Shown here piece after piece: positions 1-6,882 of a stretch of 64,000 nucleotides of DNA (the stretch's first letter is position 1; the number at the start of each line of letters is the position of its first letter). The notes below the pieces were generated by a model. It was not told the DNA's origin and ran no database searches. It saw nothing but the letters and a program-made list of their open reading frames with translations. The stretch lies in IMG/VR virus record IMGVR_UViG_3300034072_000926, positions 1 to 64,000 of that record. The stretch is one strand, 5' to 3'. A program made the translations under genes and the position numbers.

Positions 1-33
1 GTAAAACTAGAGGAGCAACTGGAAGATCAAAGA

Positions 34-414
34 TCATTCCTTTTCGAACTTAGCTTTCAGCTGTTCGTAGAGCTCTCGCTCCTTGTCCAGCTTTGCTGCC
101 TTGCGCCGAGCATTTGCCTCGCGGCGTCGTTCGGCTGTGGCAGCTTGCTTTGCCCTATAGACCTTGAGCTTATCCAACCTTGCAGCGTATTCTTCATCCG
201 TTTCCGGACGATCACGTTCAAGTCGGATAGTTATCGAGCAATCATCATAATACCAATCGGTTTCTACGTAGAAGGTTAACCCTCGTCCGTATTTCTCAAT
301 CAGATCATCGATCCGGTAAAGCTCATCCTGTTCAAGACTTGCAACCGGTTCCTTGATTACTTGACGTTCAAGATCCTCTTTTGTCAACAGTTCCATATTT
401 CCCTCCTCTGTCAA
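34..414 (-). CDS. hypothetical protein
   Basis: ORF track 126 aa, AGGA upstream, charged coiled-coil C-terminus. Confidence 0.7.
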   Translation of the reverse strand: MTEEGNMELLTKEDLERQVIKEPVASLEQDELYRIDDLIEKYGRGLTFYVETDWYYDDCSITIRLERDRPETDEEYAARLDKLKVYRAKQAATAERRREANARRKAAKLDKERELYEQLKAKFEKE

Positions 415-446
415 TCAATCTGACCTTGGAGGGTGTTCTGTAGTGT

Positions 447-525
447 TGGAGGCGCGCAAGGGACTCGAACCCTCATACTCCAGCTTTGCAGGCTAGCGGA
501 CTAAACCAATTCTCACCAACGCGCC
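447..525 (-). tRNA. tRNA-Cys(GCA)
   Basis: Cloverleaf, anticodon loop CTGCAAA, U73, CCA encoded. Confidence 0.9.
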
Positions 526-602
526 ATGTTTGGTAGTTTTGTGGAGAACCAACTCCACGGGAACTTGCGAACCTACCACCCAGCAGCCGAAGCTGTCTCT
601 TG

Positions 603-631
603 GCTATAAGGACGAGGAGTCCTTATGTCAA
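603..631 (-). promoter_or_regulatory. sigma70-like promoter with palindromic spacer
   Basis: TTGACA-17-TATAGC; spacer contains ATAAGGAC-N5-GTCCTTAT. Confidence 0.7.
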
Positions 632-641
632 TACCTTTTTG

Positions 642-712
642 AGCGGGTAAGGAGAATCGAACTCCTAGCATCAGCTTGGAAGGCTGAGGTATTACCACTA
701 TACGATACCCGC
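642..712 (-). tRNA. tRNA-Gly(TCC), no encoded CCA
   Basis: Anticodon arm TCAGC-CTTCCAA-GCTGA, TTCGA T-loop. Confidence 0.9.
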
Positions 713-723
713 ATGTCCAGCTA

Positions 724-1404
724 TCACTTAATGATAGCTGAAACTGTCTTGCCGCTTGCGATGCCTGTCAACGTATCGATGAACCCATTCACTGCATTAG
801 ATGCCTGATTAACCTGATCCACTGCCGAGTTCTTTTCCAGGACCAAAGCGTTAGCCTGACCCAGGACGTTGTTGGCTGCATTCACTGCATTATCGGCTTG
901 GTTCTTCGCAGCCTGCAACACCGCAATCTGCGCTGCATCAGCGCCGCTGTCGATGGCATTCTGTAAAGCCTGAGCCTTATCCAGCTGATCAGCTAGAGCA
1001 TTAGCTTGATCAGCCAGCGCCGTTGCTTGATCAGCAAGGGCGGATACTTGTTCCTCAACAGCAGACTGAAGGCGTCCAGCCACCGATGCTGCCATTGCAC
1101 CTGCCTGTGCTGCTAGGCTTCCTGTGAGGTTACCCAACAGACCAGCAGCATCAAGGTGTTGCAATGACTTGAACGTATTGTATCCAGGGACCATTCCCAT
1201 CAGCTTCTTGAGCATTGTCTGCCCAACTGAACTGAAGTTGTAGGTCCTAAGACTAGCAGCAACCGAACCCGATGTTACCGGATTTGCGGCCAATCCTGCA
1301 ACTAATTGTGAGACACCTGCATAGTTGGCAATTAGGTCATCATCGACCCGATCCAACCTTGCGTGGATGGCTTGCAATTGAGTATTGAGATTGTTATCTG
1401 CCAT
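724..1404 (-). CDS. Ala/Gln-rich coiled-coil hypothetical protein
   Basis: 226 aa ORF, AGGAG RBS, upstream TAGACT-17-TATAGT promoter. Confidence 0.75.
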   Translation of the reverse strand: MADNNLNTQLQAIHARLDRVDDDLIANYAGVSQLVAGLAANPVTSGSVAASLRTYNFSSVGQTMLKKLMGMVPGYNTFKSLQHLDAAGLLGNLTGSLAAQAGAMAASVAGRLQSAVEEQVSALADQATALADQANALADQLDKAQALQNAIDSGADAAQIAVLQAAKNQADNAVNAANNVLGQANALVLEKNSAVDQVNQASNAVNGFIDTLTGIASGKTVSAIIK

Positions 1405-1462
1405 TGTGCTCTCCTGTTCTTAGTGTTTCCACTATACAGAAACAGGTGAACAAAGTCTATAT

Positions 1463-1538
1463 TGGAGCGGGTAGCGGGAATCGAACCCGCCTCGGTGACA
1501 TGGCAAGCCACTGTAATCAACCAATATACTATACCCGC
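1463..1538 (-). tRNA. tRNA-Gly(GCC)
   Basis: Anticodon arm GTGGC-TTGCCAT-GTCAC, CCA encoded. Confidence 0.9.
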
Positions 1539-1545
1539 ATGTTCA

Positions 1546-1827
1546 ATCTTGAGGTCCGTAGCCGCGATCCTGTTCTATGCTACAATCTACCTACCCGGAC
1601 TTGCGTGTCCAAGTGCCTCGCCATTACGCGAAAAGAGGCTTACTGCCCCTCGGCTGCACCAACCCGACCCTATAACTGGAGAATTGCCAGGGTCTGTTTG
1701 GCTTGCTGGCTTAATCACGGTGGTCTCTTCCCTTATGCGAGGTGTTAACCTGCTCCCACTCGTTCTCCACGCCAGTCGCGAACTTCCTCAAAGCATTTCT
1801 GCCCTGCTGTAGCTCGACCGTCAAGAT
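1546..1827 (-). ncRNA. rnpB: RNase P RNA-like gene (bacterial type, reduced S-domain)
   Basis: P1 AUCUUGA(C)GGUC/GACCUCAAGAU; P2 GCUACA/UGUAGC; P3 hairpin; CR-I GAGGAAGUUCGCG pairs with CR-V AACAGGAUCGCGGCUAC (P4 with bulged U); P5 CUGG/CCAG then CAAG; P15 GCCAA/UUGGU with L15 GGU; P18. Confidence 0.85.
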
Positions 1828-1901
1828 TGGTAGGCCCTAAGTGAATCGAACACTTGTCAATCCCTAATCAGGGGACCGCATTACCACTATGCTAAGAGCC
1901 T
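1828..1901 (-). tRNA. tRNA-Ile(GAT), atypical U37
   Basis: Acceptor AGGCTCT/AGGGCCT, loop CTGATTA, CCA encoded. Confidence 0.85.
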
Positions 1902-1917
1902 ATAATCAACATTTTGT

Positions 1918-1992
<75 letters not shown>

Positions 1993-2000
1993 ATATTGTT

Positions 2001-2035
2001 CCTCCATTATAGCGGAGGGTTAAACAACTTGTCAA
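2001..2035 (-). promoter_or_regulatory. sigma70-like promoter with -10 inside an inverted repeat
   Basis: TTGACA-18-TATAAT; CCTCC-GCTATAAT-GGAGG. Confidence 0.8.
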
Positions 2036-2041
2036 ATTGTT

Positions 2042-2116
2042 TGGGGTGACCGACGGGGTTCGAACCCGCGACTACGCCTTCACAGGGCGGAATGTTACCA
2101 CTACACCACGGTCACC
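2042..2116 (-). tRNA. tRNA-His(GTG)
   Basis: G-1:C73 8-bp acceptor, loop CTGTGAA, CCA. Confidence 0.93.
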
Positions 2117-2181
2117 ATGAAAAACTAGGCAGTTAGCTTCAATGCTCGTTACTGACGATTGACAGTCAGCACCTAGTTAGA

Positions 2182-2262
2182 ACTGAGTCCGGAGTCGAAC
2201 CGGCTACTTAGGCAGCGCCCCAATTACGTTATGGATTCCACTGGCCCGGCCAGCTACTCAGT
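2182..2262 (-). ncRNA. tRNA-like RNA with non-canonical anticodon region
   Basis: 7-bp acceptor ACTGAGT/ACTCAGT, T-arm CCGG-TTCGACT-CCGG, 6-bp D-like stem, no canonical anticodon loop. Confidence 0.55.
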
Positions 2263-2264
2263 AG

Positions 2265-2338
2265 CGATCCATAGGGGATTTGAACCCCTCATCTCCACCG
2301 TGACAGGGTGGCGTCTTCACCAAGCAGACTCATGGACC
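2265..2338 (-). tRNA. tRNA-Asp(GTC), no CCA
   Basis: CCACC-CTGTCAC-GGTGG, G73. Confidence 0.92.
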
Positions 2339-2363
2339 ATTGGGTGGGGAGACCCCGATGACC

Positions 2364-2867
2364 TTAGAGGTCATCGAAGTCGCCGTTCTTGATTTTCGGA
2401 TCTTCGTAGAGCTTAATGCCCTTACGCTGATTGTGGGCGCCGTTGCGACCGTGATGAGTCGAGGACTTGCGGTGCCACCGACGCTTACGGGTGCCAGGAA
2501 TGGGAAGACCCTTTTCCATAGCGTGAGCAACAGCTTCCTTCTGGCGAGCAAAACGCTTGTTCCAGTAACCCTGGACAGGAAAGACCTCGCCATCGGGAAG
2601 GACAATCTTGCTCTTGTCGACGGGACGACCATAGTCATCGCGGACAATCCAGTCGTTCTGAACACCGGTCCACCAGTCCAGCGAGGACTCGCTGTAAAGT
2701 CGCAGCATCTTGCGATTGCCGTTCCAGTGCATATGCGTTTCGGCCCAGAAGCCGCCGATATTGCCGTTGGAGCGATCACGAGTAAACTCGAGAAAGCTCT
2801 TAGCGTCGTTGAAGACGCGAGTAGTGCCGTTGCGATGAATCGCAGTCAGCGGGAACAGATATTCCAT
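2364..2867 (-). CDS. hypothetical protein within tRNA array
   Basis: 167 aa ORF with GGAGG RBS. Confidence 0.8.
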   Translation of the reverse strand: MEYLFPLTAIHRNGTTRVFNDAKSFLEFTRDRSNGNIGGFWAETHMHWNGNRKMLRLYSESSLDWWTGVQNDWIVRDDYGRPVDKSKIVLPDGEVFPVQGYWNKRFARQKEAVAHAMEKGLPIPGTRKRRWHRKSSTHHGRNGAHNQRKGIKLYEDPKIKNGDFDDL

Positions 2868-2967
2868 TTTTGACCTCCATTAGTGTTACCACTAATGAAT
2901 GTCGGCAATCCAGAAAACCATGTTGTCCTCCTTTGTTACAACCATCATAGCATAAGCCTAGAGGTTG

Positions 2968-3552
2968 TCAACCTGTTTTGGAGACCGTGGAGAATAGGGG
3001 ACTCGAACCCCTCACCTTCTCGCTGCCAGCGAGATGCTCTCCCAGATGAGCTAATTCCCCATGAGAGGTCTGATCAATGCTTGGTCTGTTGGACAGTAGA
3101 GCTTCCAAGTAGGTTGCTTTGCCCTCATACCAATATCCATCAAACTTGCAGAAATATTCCTTACCCCAAAGGGTCCTTTTGTAGACACCCTTGGGATAAT
3201 GAATCCAACCTTCGACCTGTTCACCGGAATGCCTCAGGGCCCAGGGCTCTTTGGACTTCCATGTGATGAACAATGTCTTGGTCTGCGGCTCCACTGATTT
3301 AATTCTGTGGAATGTCTTATTGCTTCTGAGGGCAACAGAGAACCGCTTGCGAACAACTTCCTTGCCCTCAACGTCCTCCACATAACCTCCACTGAACACG
3401 AAGCTCAAGTAAGAGAATGGATGACTATGAAGGTAAGGAGTTGCATCATTGCGTTTGATATGATGTATTCTCACATGCAAGCGGTCAATCTTTACAATTG
3501 ACCAGCGTTCCAGATAACCAACTAGGTGTTTATAAGGTGTGAAAAACATCAC
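2968..3552 (-). CDS. cupin-like hypothetical protein (3' end overlaps tRNA-Ala)
   Basis: HSHPFSYLSFVFSGGYVE cupin-like motif; reading frame runs through tRNA-Ala(GGC). Confidence 0.65.
   Translation of the reverse strand: MMFFTPYKHLVGYLERWSIVKIDRLHVRIHHIKRNDATPYLHSHPFSYLSFVFSGGYVEDVEGKEVVRKRFSVALRSNKTFHRIKSVEPQTKTLFITWKSKEPWALRHSGEQVEGWIHYPKGVYKRTLWGKEYFCKFDGYWYEGKATYLEALLSNRPSIDQTSHGELAHLGEHLAGSEKVRGSSPLFSTVSKTG
2988..3060 (-). tRNA. tRNA-Ala(GGC), no CCA
   Basis: GGGGAAT/ATTCTCC with G3:U70, loop CTGGCAG. Confidence 0.92.
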
Positions 3553-3558
3553 CGCAAA

Positions 3559-4174
3559 TTACTTGGCTAGGAGCAATCTGTCAATACCTATTGCCCAACC
3601 AATGCCCTCGGCGTATCGACCGCCTCCGGCAATCTGTTTCTGCGCTCCAAGCTTCGAGCATTCAGCTTCGAAGCCTTCCTCAACATAATATGTCAAGCCG
3701 CGCTTTACAGCGTCATTGAGAACATACTCGACACCGGTGGCATCCAAGCAAGCCCTCAAAAGTTCTTTGCATTCAGAGGCGTCCTGAGGGGCTTCCCCGC
3801 CCAAGTATTCGACTCCAAACTGTGTGAACTCTCGATAACGTCCGGCCTGTGGCCTTTCGTATCGGTAGCAGCGTGATACATAGAACAGCTTTTTAGGCTT
3901 TCCTTCATACTGCCATTTGTCCCTCCAGAGTTCCTGGATGAGACCTGTTGCTTCAGGGATTAAGCAGACATCGCGGCCTCCCTTATCCTGGAAAGCCCAC
4001 ATCTGATTAACAATTTCTGGTCCGGCTTTATCTATGAAAGTCTGTTGCTCCCATAGACTAGGAAGTATAACTTCCTCAAAGCCTGCTTCAGTGAACCAAC
4101 CCCCTCAGGAGATCGGTCACTGAGATCATCTCACGGGCGTCATCGCCGGTGAGGACTCGTGTTCCCCTTAGCAT
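3559..4174 (-). CDS. hisS: histidyl-tRNA synthetase catalytic-domain-only protein, +1 frameshift at G5 run (4100-4104)
   Basis: MLRGTRVL..., then in shifted frame GFEEVILP...MWAFQDKGGRDVCLIPE...RYERPQAGRYREFTQFGVE...GWAIGIDR (class II motifs); no anticodon-binding domain. Confidence 0.8.
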
Positions 4175-4203
4175 ATTCTATACTCCATAGGCTTTATTGC
4201 CTG

Positions 4204-4277
4204 CTCCCCGCTAAGGATTCGAACCTTATACTTTCCGAGCTCAAAACACGGCGGCCGGACCTACCAGCTAACGGGGA
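4204..4277 (-). tRNA. tRNA-Gln(TTG), atypical D arm, no CCA
   Basis: U1-A72 acceptor, loop TTTTGAG, TTCGAAT T-loop. Confidence 0.75.
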
Positions 4278-4278
4278 A

Positions 4279-4366
4279 TGGCGGAGAGCATCGTAGTCGA
4301 AACGAATCCCTTGCGGGACCAACCCGTTTCCAGCGGGTGGCTGGTGACCTGCCAGCGTTACTCTCC
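4279..4366 (-). tRNA. tRNA-Ser(GGA)
   Basis: Long variable arm, loop CTGGAAA, G73, CCA. Confidence 0.92.
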
Positions 4367-4367
4367 A

Positions 4368-4455
4368 TGGAGGATGGCTAGGGTCCCGCCCCCTAGACCC
4401 TTACGGGTCCCAACTGGTTTCGAATCAGTGCTAGACCTCGTCTAGTTAACCATCC
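4368..4455 (-). tRNA. tRNA-Ser(CGA), atypical T-loop
   Basis: Long variable arm, loop TTCGAAA, T-loop GGCGGGA, U73, CCA. Confidence 0.75.
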
Positions 4456-4465
4456 ATGTATTCTG

Positions 4466-4536
4466 CTGGGAAACCTGGATTCGAACCAGGATTGAACGAT
4501 TAACAGTCGCTTCTCTTACCCTTAGAGGATATCCCA
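4466..4536 (-). tRNA. tRNA-Asn(GTT), no CCA
   Basis: Loop CTGTTAA, G73. Confidence 0.85.
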
Positions 4537-4542
4537 ATGAAC

Positions 4543-4660
4543 GATGAGCAAGTGTTGTAAAGGACTTTAAGCCAGCAAAGCTGACCTTGATGGGTTTGAA
4601 CCATCTAGTTTTGTGTATGAGACAAAAGTTTTACCGATAACCCTTTACTGTCGGCTCATC
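4543..4660 (-). ncRNA. Y RNA-like (YrlA-type, tRNA-like domain) copy 1
   Basis: GAUGAG-C-CGA...UUG-CUCAUC bulged stem; CCGA-N7-GGGUUAUC; T-arm GAUGG-UUCAAAC-CCAUC; closed acceptor-like hairpin. Confidence 0.75.
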
Positions 4661-4663
4661 TTG

Positions 4664-4737
4664 CTCCCAATGTAGGATTCGAACCTACAGCGACCTGGTT
4701 AACAGCCAAGCGCCCCTACCGATAGGGCCCATTGGGA
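4664..4737 (-). tRNA. tRNA-Asn(GTT), no CCA
   Basis: CTTGG-CTGTTAA-CCAGG, G73. Confidence 0.9.
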
Positions 4738-4760
4738 ATGTGTGATAACTGAGTTATCAA

Positions 4761-4828
4761 AAGGGCAAGTAATTGTCCCAGGGGTGTTTCAGTTTGCATA
4801 AATGATAACCCTGAGTCTTTCGGCCCTT
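4761..4828 (-). ncRNA. minimal Y RNA-like copy 2
   Basis: AAGGG-C-CGA...CUUG-CCCUU; CCGA-N8-GGGUUAUC; CUCAGGG/CCCUGGG stem. Confidence 0.7.
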
Positions 4829-4830
4829 AG

Positions 4831-4900
4831 TGCTCTAGGTAGGACTCGAACCTACGCGCTCTCGGCTCGCAACCGAAAGTCCCATCCAGTGGGCTAGAGC
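4831..4900 (-). tRNA. degenerate tRNA-Arg(GCG)-like
   Basis: Acceptor and T-arm intact, loop TTGCGAG, positions 8-9 apparently missing. Confidence 0.55.
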
Positions 4901-4901
4901 A

Positions 4902-4976
4902 TGGTAGTCACGGGGAATTCTGCCATCCCGACCTGAGTCTTGTAAGGACCCTGCTCTACTTCTGAGCTACGCGACC
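4902..4976 (-). tRNA. tRNA-Val(TAC), atypical T-loop
   Basis: GGGTC-CTTACAA-GACTC, CCA. Confidence 0.85.
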
Positions 4977-4977
4977 A

Positions 4978-5060
4978 TGGTGGGAAGTTGCAGAGTCGAA
5001 CTGCGCGCTTTCGCCGCCGGGTTACAGCCGGCTTACCCCGTCCCGGGGCTGAAACTTCCC
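4978..5060 (-). tRNA. tRNA-Tyr(GTA)
   Basis: GCCGG-CTGTAAC-CCGGC, long variable arm, CCA. Confidence 0.88.
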
Positions 5061-5103
5061 ATGTTCTCTTTATAGAGGAATAGGTGACCTGCGTCATTAT
5101 TCG

Positions 5104-5175
5104 TGATCCATAGGGGAATCGAACCCCTGTTCCCGCCTTGAGAGGGCGTGCTCTTAACCACTAGAGGAATGGACC
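5104..5175 (-). tRNA. tRNA-Glu(CTC), no CCA
   Basis: Loop CTCTCAA, Glu-type D arm. Confidence 0.9.
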
Positions 5176-5177
5176 AT

Positions 5178-5252
5178 TGGTGGATTGGGGCGATACCTAG
5201 TCGCTTGCCGCTGCCTTGAGTTACAAAGCATCTGCTATAGATTGCACAACCC
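5178..5252 (-). tRNA. pseudo-tRNA / tRNA-like, anticodon undetermined
   Basis: Acceptor-like stem with ACCA end; non-canonical anticodon and T loops. Confidence 0.4.
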
Positions 5253-5259
5253 ACATAGT

Positions 5260-5337
5260 TGGTGGACGATACAGGGCTCGAACCTGTGAAACCTCTTCCA
5301 TGTCAAGGAAGCGCTCTACCAACTGAGCTAATCGTCC
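5260..5337 (-). tRNA. tRNA-Val(GAC)
   Basis: CTTCC-TTGACAT-GGAAG, CCA. Confidence 0.92.
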
Positions 5338-5339
5338 GT

Positions 5340-5427
5340 TGCGGCAGTGGTGCTCGAACCCACCAGTCGCCCTCATTTGGGCATACAGGCTTATGAGGCC
5401 TGCGACTAACCATCTTGTCCTTACCGC
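5340..5427 (-). tRNA. tRNA-CAT (Met or Ile2) with long variable arm, no CCA
   Basis: CAGGC-CTCATAA-GCCTG; extra arm GCCC-AAATGA-GGGC. Confidence 0.8.
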
Positions 5428-5430
5428 GAG

Positions 5431-5503
5431 TGCAACAGGTGGGAATCGAACCCACTTCCTCCGATTTTCAGCCGGGTGCAATGACCACATTTGCTACCGT
5501 TGC
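5431..5503 (-). tRNA. tRNA-Phe(GAA), no CCA
   Basis: Loop CTGAAAA. Confidence 0.88.
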
Positions 5504-5504
5504 A

Positions 5505-5664
5505 TGGTCTGGCCGCTACCCAGTAGTCTATACTTGTCCCTTACGGACTGGCCTAGACTGGCGCTGCGCGGTCCCGAAGAGTTTTGACGCTCTATTCGAT
5601 ATTTTGAGAGCCCAGGGAGTAAATGGGCTCTGGGATCTTGGAAGCTTCCAAGCTTCCAAGACCT
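5505..5664 (-). ncRNA. structured ACCA-ended RNA of unknown class
   Basis: Starts right after upstream tRNA CCA; closing helix GGTCT(T)GG/CCAGACC-A; multiple hairpins (TCTTGGAAGC/GCTTCCAAGA, GAGCCCA/TGGGCTC). Confidence 0.5.
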
Positions 5665-5740
5665 TGGTGCGAAGTCAGGGAATCGAACCCTGTTAGCCGG
5701 CTTATGAGACCAGTGCGATGACCATCACCGCCCACCTCGC
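5665..5740 (-). tRNA. tRNA-CAT (Met or Ile2)
   Basis: CTGGT-CTCATAA-GCCGG, A73, CCA. Confidence 0.88.
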
Positions 5741-5752
5741 ATGAGGTATTTG

Positions 5753-5823
5753 CATCCCCTGTAGGAGTCGAACCCACGCTCTTGGACTTGGAAACCAATG
5801 TGCTACCGTAACACTTAGGAGAT
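5753..5823 (-). tRNA. tRNA-Trp(CCA), no CCA end
   Basis: A1-U72, G73, loop TTCCAAG. Confidence 0.8.
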
Positions 5824-5839
5824 ATATTGTCAATATTCG

Positions 5840-5911
5840 CAGGCCCCAGAGGATTCGAACCTCTACCAACGGCTTTGGATCACCGTCATGCCCCCTGTAC
5901 ATCAGAGGCCT
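5840..5911 (-). tRNA. Trp-like tRNA with 8-nt anticodon loop
   Basis: ACGGT-GATCCAAA-GCCGT; acceptor AGGCCTC/GGGGCCT, G73. Confidence 0.6.
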
Positions 5912-5918
5912 ATGTTTG

Positions 5919-5989
5919 TAGACCCAGAACGATTCGAACGTCCGCTGCTGGCTGTTCACACCAGTTTGCTACCGCTACAACACAGGTCC
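5919..5989 (-). tRNA. degenerate tRNA-Phe(GAA)-like
   Basis: Loop GTGAACA (G32, C37), wobble-rich acceptor. Confidence 0.55.
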
Positions 5990-5990
5990 G

Positions 5991-6063
5991 GCCCCACGCC
6001 GGGAATCGAACCCGAATCCACCAAGCGGAACTTGGTATGCTTAGCCTAACAATATCTAGGGGA
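5991..6063 (-). tRNA. degenerate tRNA (loop GTTCCGC)
   Basis: T-arm intact, mismatched acceptor, odd anticodon loop. Confidence 0.45.
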
Positions 6064-6144
6064 TGGTGGGAAGCAATGGATTCGAACCATTCCCGAAGAG
6101 CGGTTTTACAGACCGCCTGCTAGAGCCACTAGCTTTTACTTCCC
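6064..6144 (-). tRNA. tRNA-Tyr(GTA)
   Basis: GCGGT-CTGTAAA-ACCGC, CCA. Confidence 0.9.
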
Positions 6145-6207
6145 ATAGTAGTTGGCCAGGAAGCGATCGAGACTTCCTATTTCACTGCCGATCTGCAGAA
6201 CCATCAG

Positions 6208-6286
6208 AGCACGTAGGTGGAATCGAACCACTTACCGAAGGCTTAAAAGGCCCTTGCCGTTCCAAACGACTTTCGGCTCTACGTGC
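6208..6286 (-). tRNA. tRNA-Lys(TTT), enlarged D arm, no CCA
   Basis: AGGGC-CTTTTAA-GCCTT. Confidence 0.8.
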
Positions 6287-6287
6287 A

Positions 6288-6365
6288 TGGTCAGGGTGAA
6301 GGGACTCGAACCCCCACGATGTCCTCCTTCCAAAGGAGACGACTTACCAATTAGTCCACACCCTG
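6288..6365 (-). tRNA. tRNA-Pro(TGG)
   Basis: C1-G72, loop TTTGGAA, CCA. Confidence 0.92.
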
Positions 6366-6373
6366 ATGAATGT

Positions 6374-6447
6374 TGGTGCTTCCAGGAAGAATCGAACTTC
6401 CAATACCCGCTTATCAGGCGAGTGTTATACCATTTAACTATAGAAGC
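6374..6447 (-). tRNA. tRNA-Ile(GAT)
   Basis: CTCGC-CTGATAA-GCGGG, CCA. Confidence 0.92.
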
Positions 6448-6453
6448 ATGGTT

Positions 6454-6582
6454 GATGAGCAAGTGGTGAATTGGACCGTTTACTAGCCACCGCGACCAGG
6501 CCCATAATGGGCGGACCCGCCGAGAGTCGAACTCGGATCGTTTGATTTCAAGTCAAAGATAACCCAAATCTATCGGCTCATC
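6454..6582 (-). ncRNA. Y RNA-like (YrlA-type) copy 3
   Basis: GAUGAG-C-CGA...CUUG-CUCAUC; CCGA-N7-GGGUUAUC; T-arm CCGAG-UUCGACU-CUCGG; closed acceptor CGGGUCC/GGGCCUG. Confidence 0.8.
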
Positions 6583-6584
6583 AG

Positions 6585-6657
6585 TGCCTGTGGTGGGGGT
6601 CGAACCCACGCTGGATGCGTTCTGAACGCATTGCCTCTACCTTTGGGCTACACAGGC
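6585..6657 (-). tRNA. tRNA-Leu(CAG), short variable loop, no CCA
   Basis: ATGCG-TTCAGAA-CGCAT, A73. Confidence 0.88.
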
Positions 6658-6662
6658 GTGTT

Positions 6663-6739
6663 TGGTGTTCCCCGTGGGACTCGAACCCACAACATTCGGT
6701 ACCTAAAACCGACGACTCTACCAGTTGGCCTAGAGGAAC
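6663..6739 (-). tRNA. tRNA-Leu(TAG), short variable loop
   Basis: TCGGT-TTTAGGT-ACCGA, CCA. Confidence 0.88.
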
Positions 6740-6752
6740 ATAGTTGCTGACT

Positions 6753-6798
6753 AACAGCTTGAGCTGTTCAAAACAGCTTGAGCTGTTCAAAACAGCTT
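6753..6798. repeat. tandem palindromic 19-bp repeat (2.4 copies)
   Basis: AACAGCTTGAGCTGTTCAA x2 + AACAGCTT. Confidence 0.9.
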
Positions 6799-6874
6799 GG
6801 TGCTCTGAGTGGGACTCGAACCCACAACATCTGGAGTTTGAAACCAGCGACTCTACCAGTTGGCCTACCAGAGC
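6798..6874 (-). tRNA. tRNA-Leu(CAA), short variable loop
   Basis: Loop TTCAAAC, CCA. Confidence 0.88.
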
Positions 6875-6882
6875 ATAGTAGT

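Noticed and set aside
531-600. Small hairpin element ending in CTACCA
   Set aside because: Short leader between a promoter and tRNA-Cys; the CCA is part of its own stem, so there is too little to call an RNA gene.
6152-6207. tRNA 3'-half-like fragment
   Set aside because: Only a distorted T-arm and GCCA end; no matching 5' half identified.
6753-6798. CRISPR-like repeat
   Set aside because: Repeats are directly adjacent with no spacers, and no cas genes are present.
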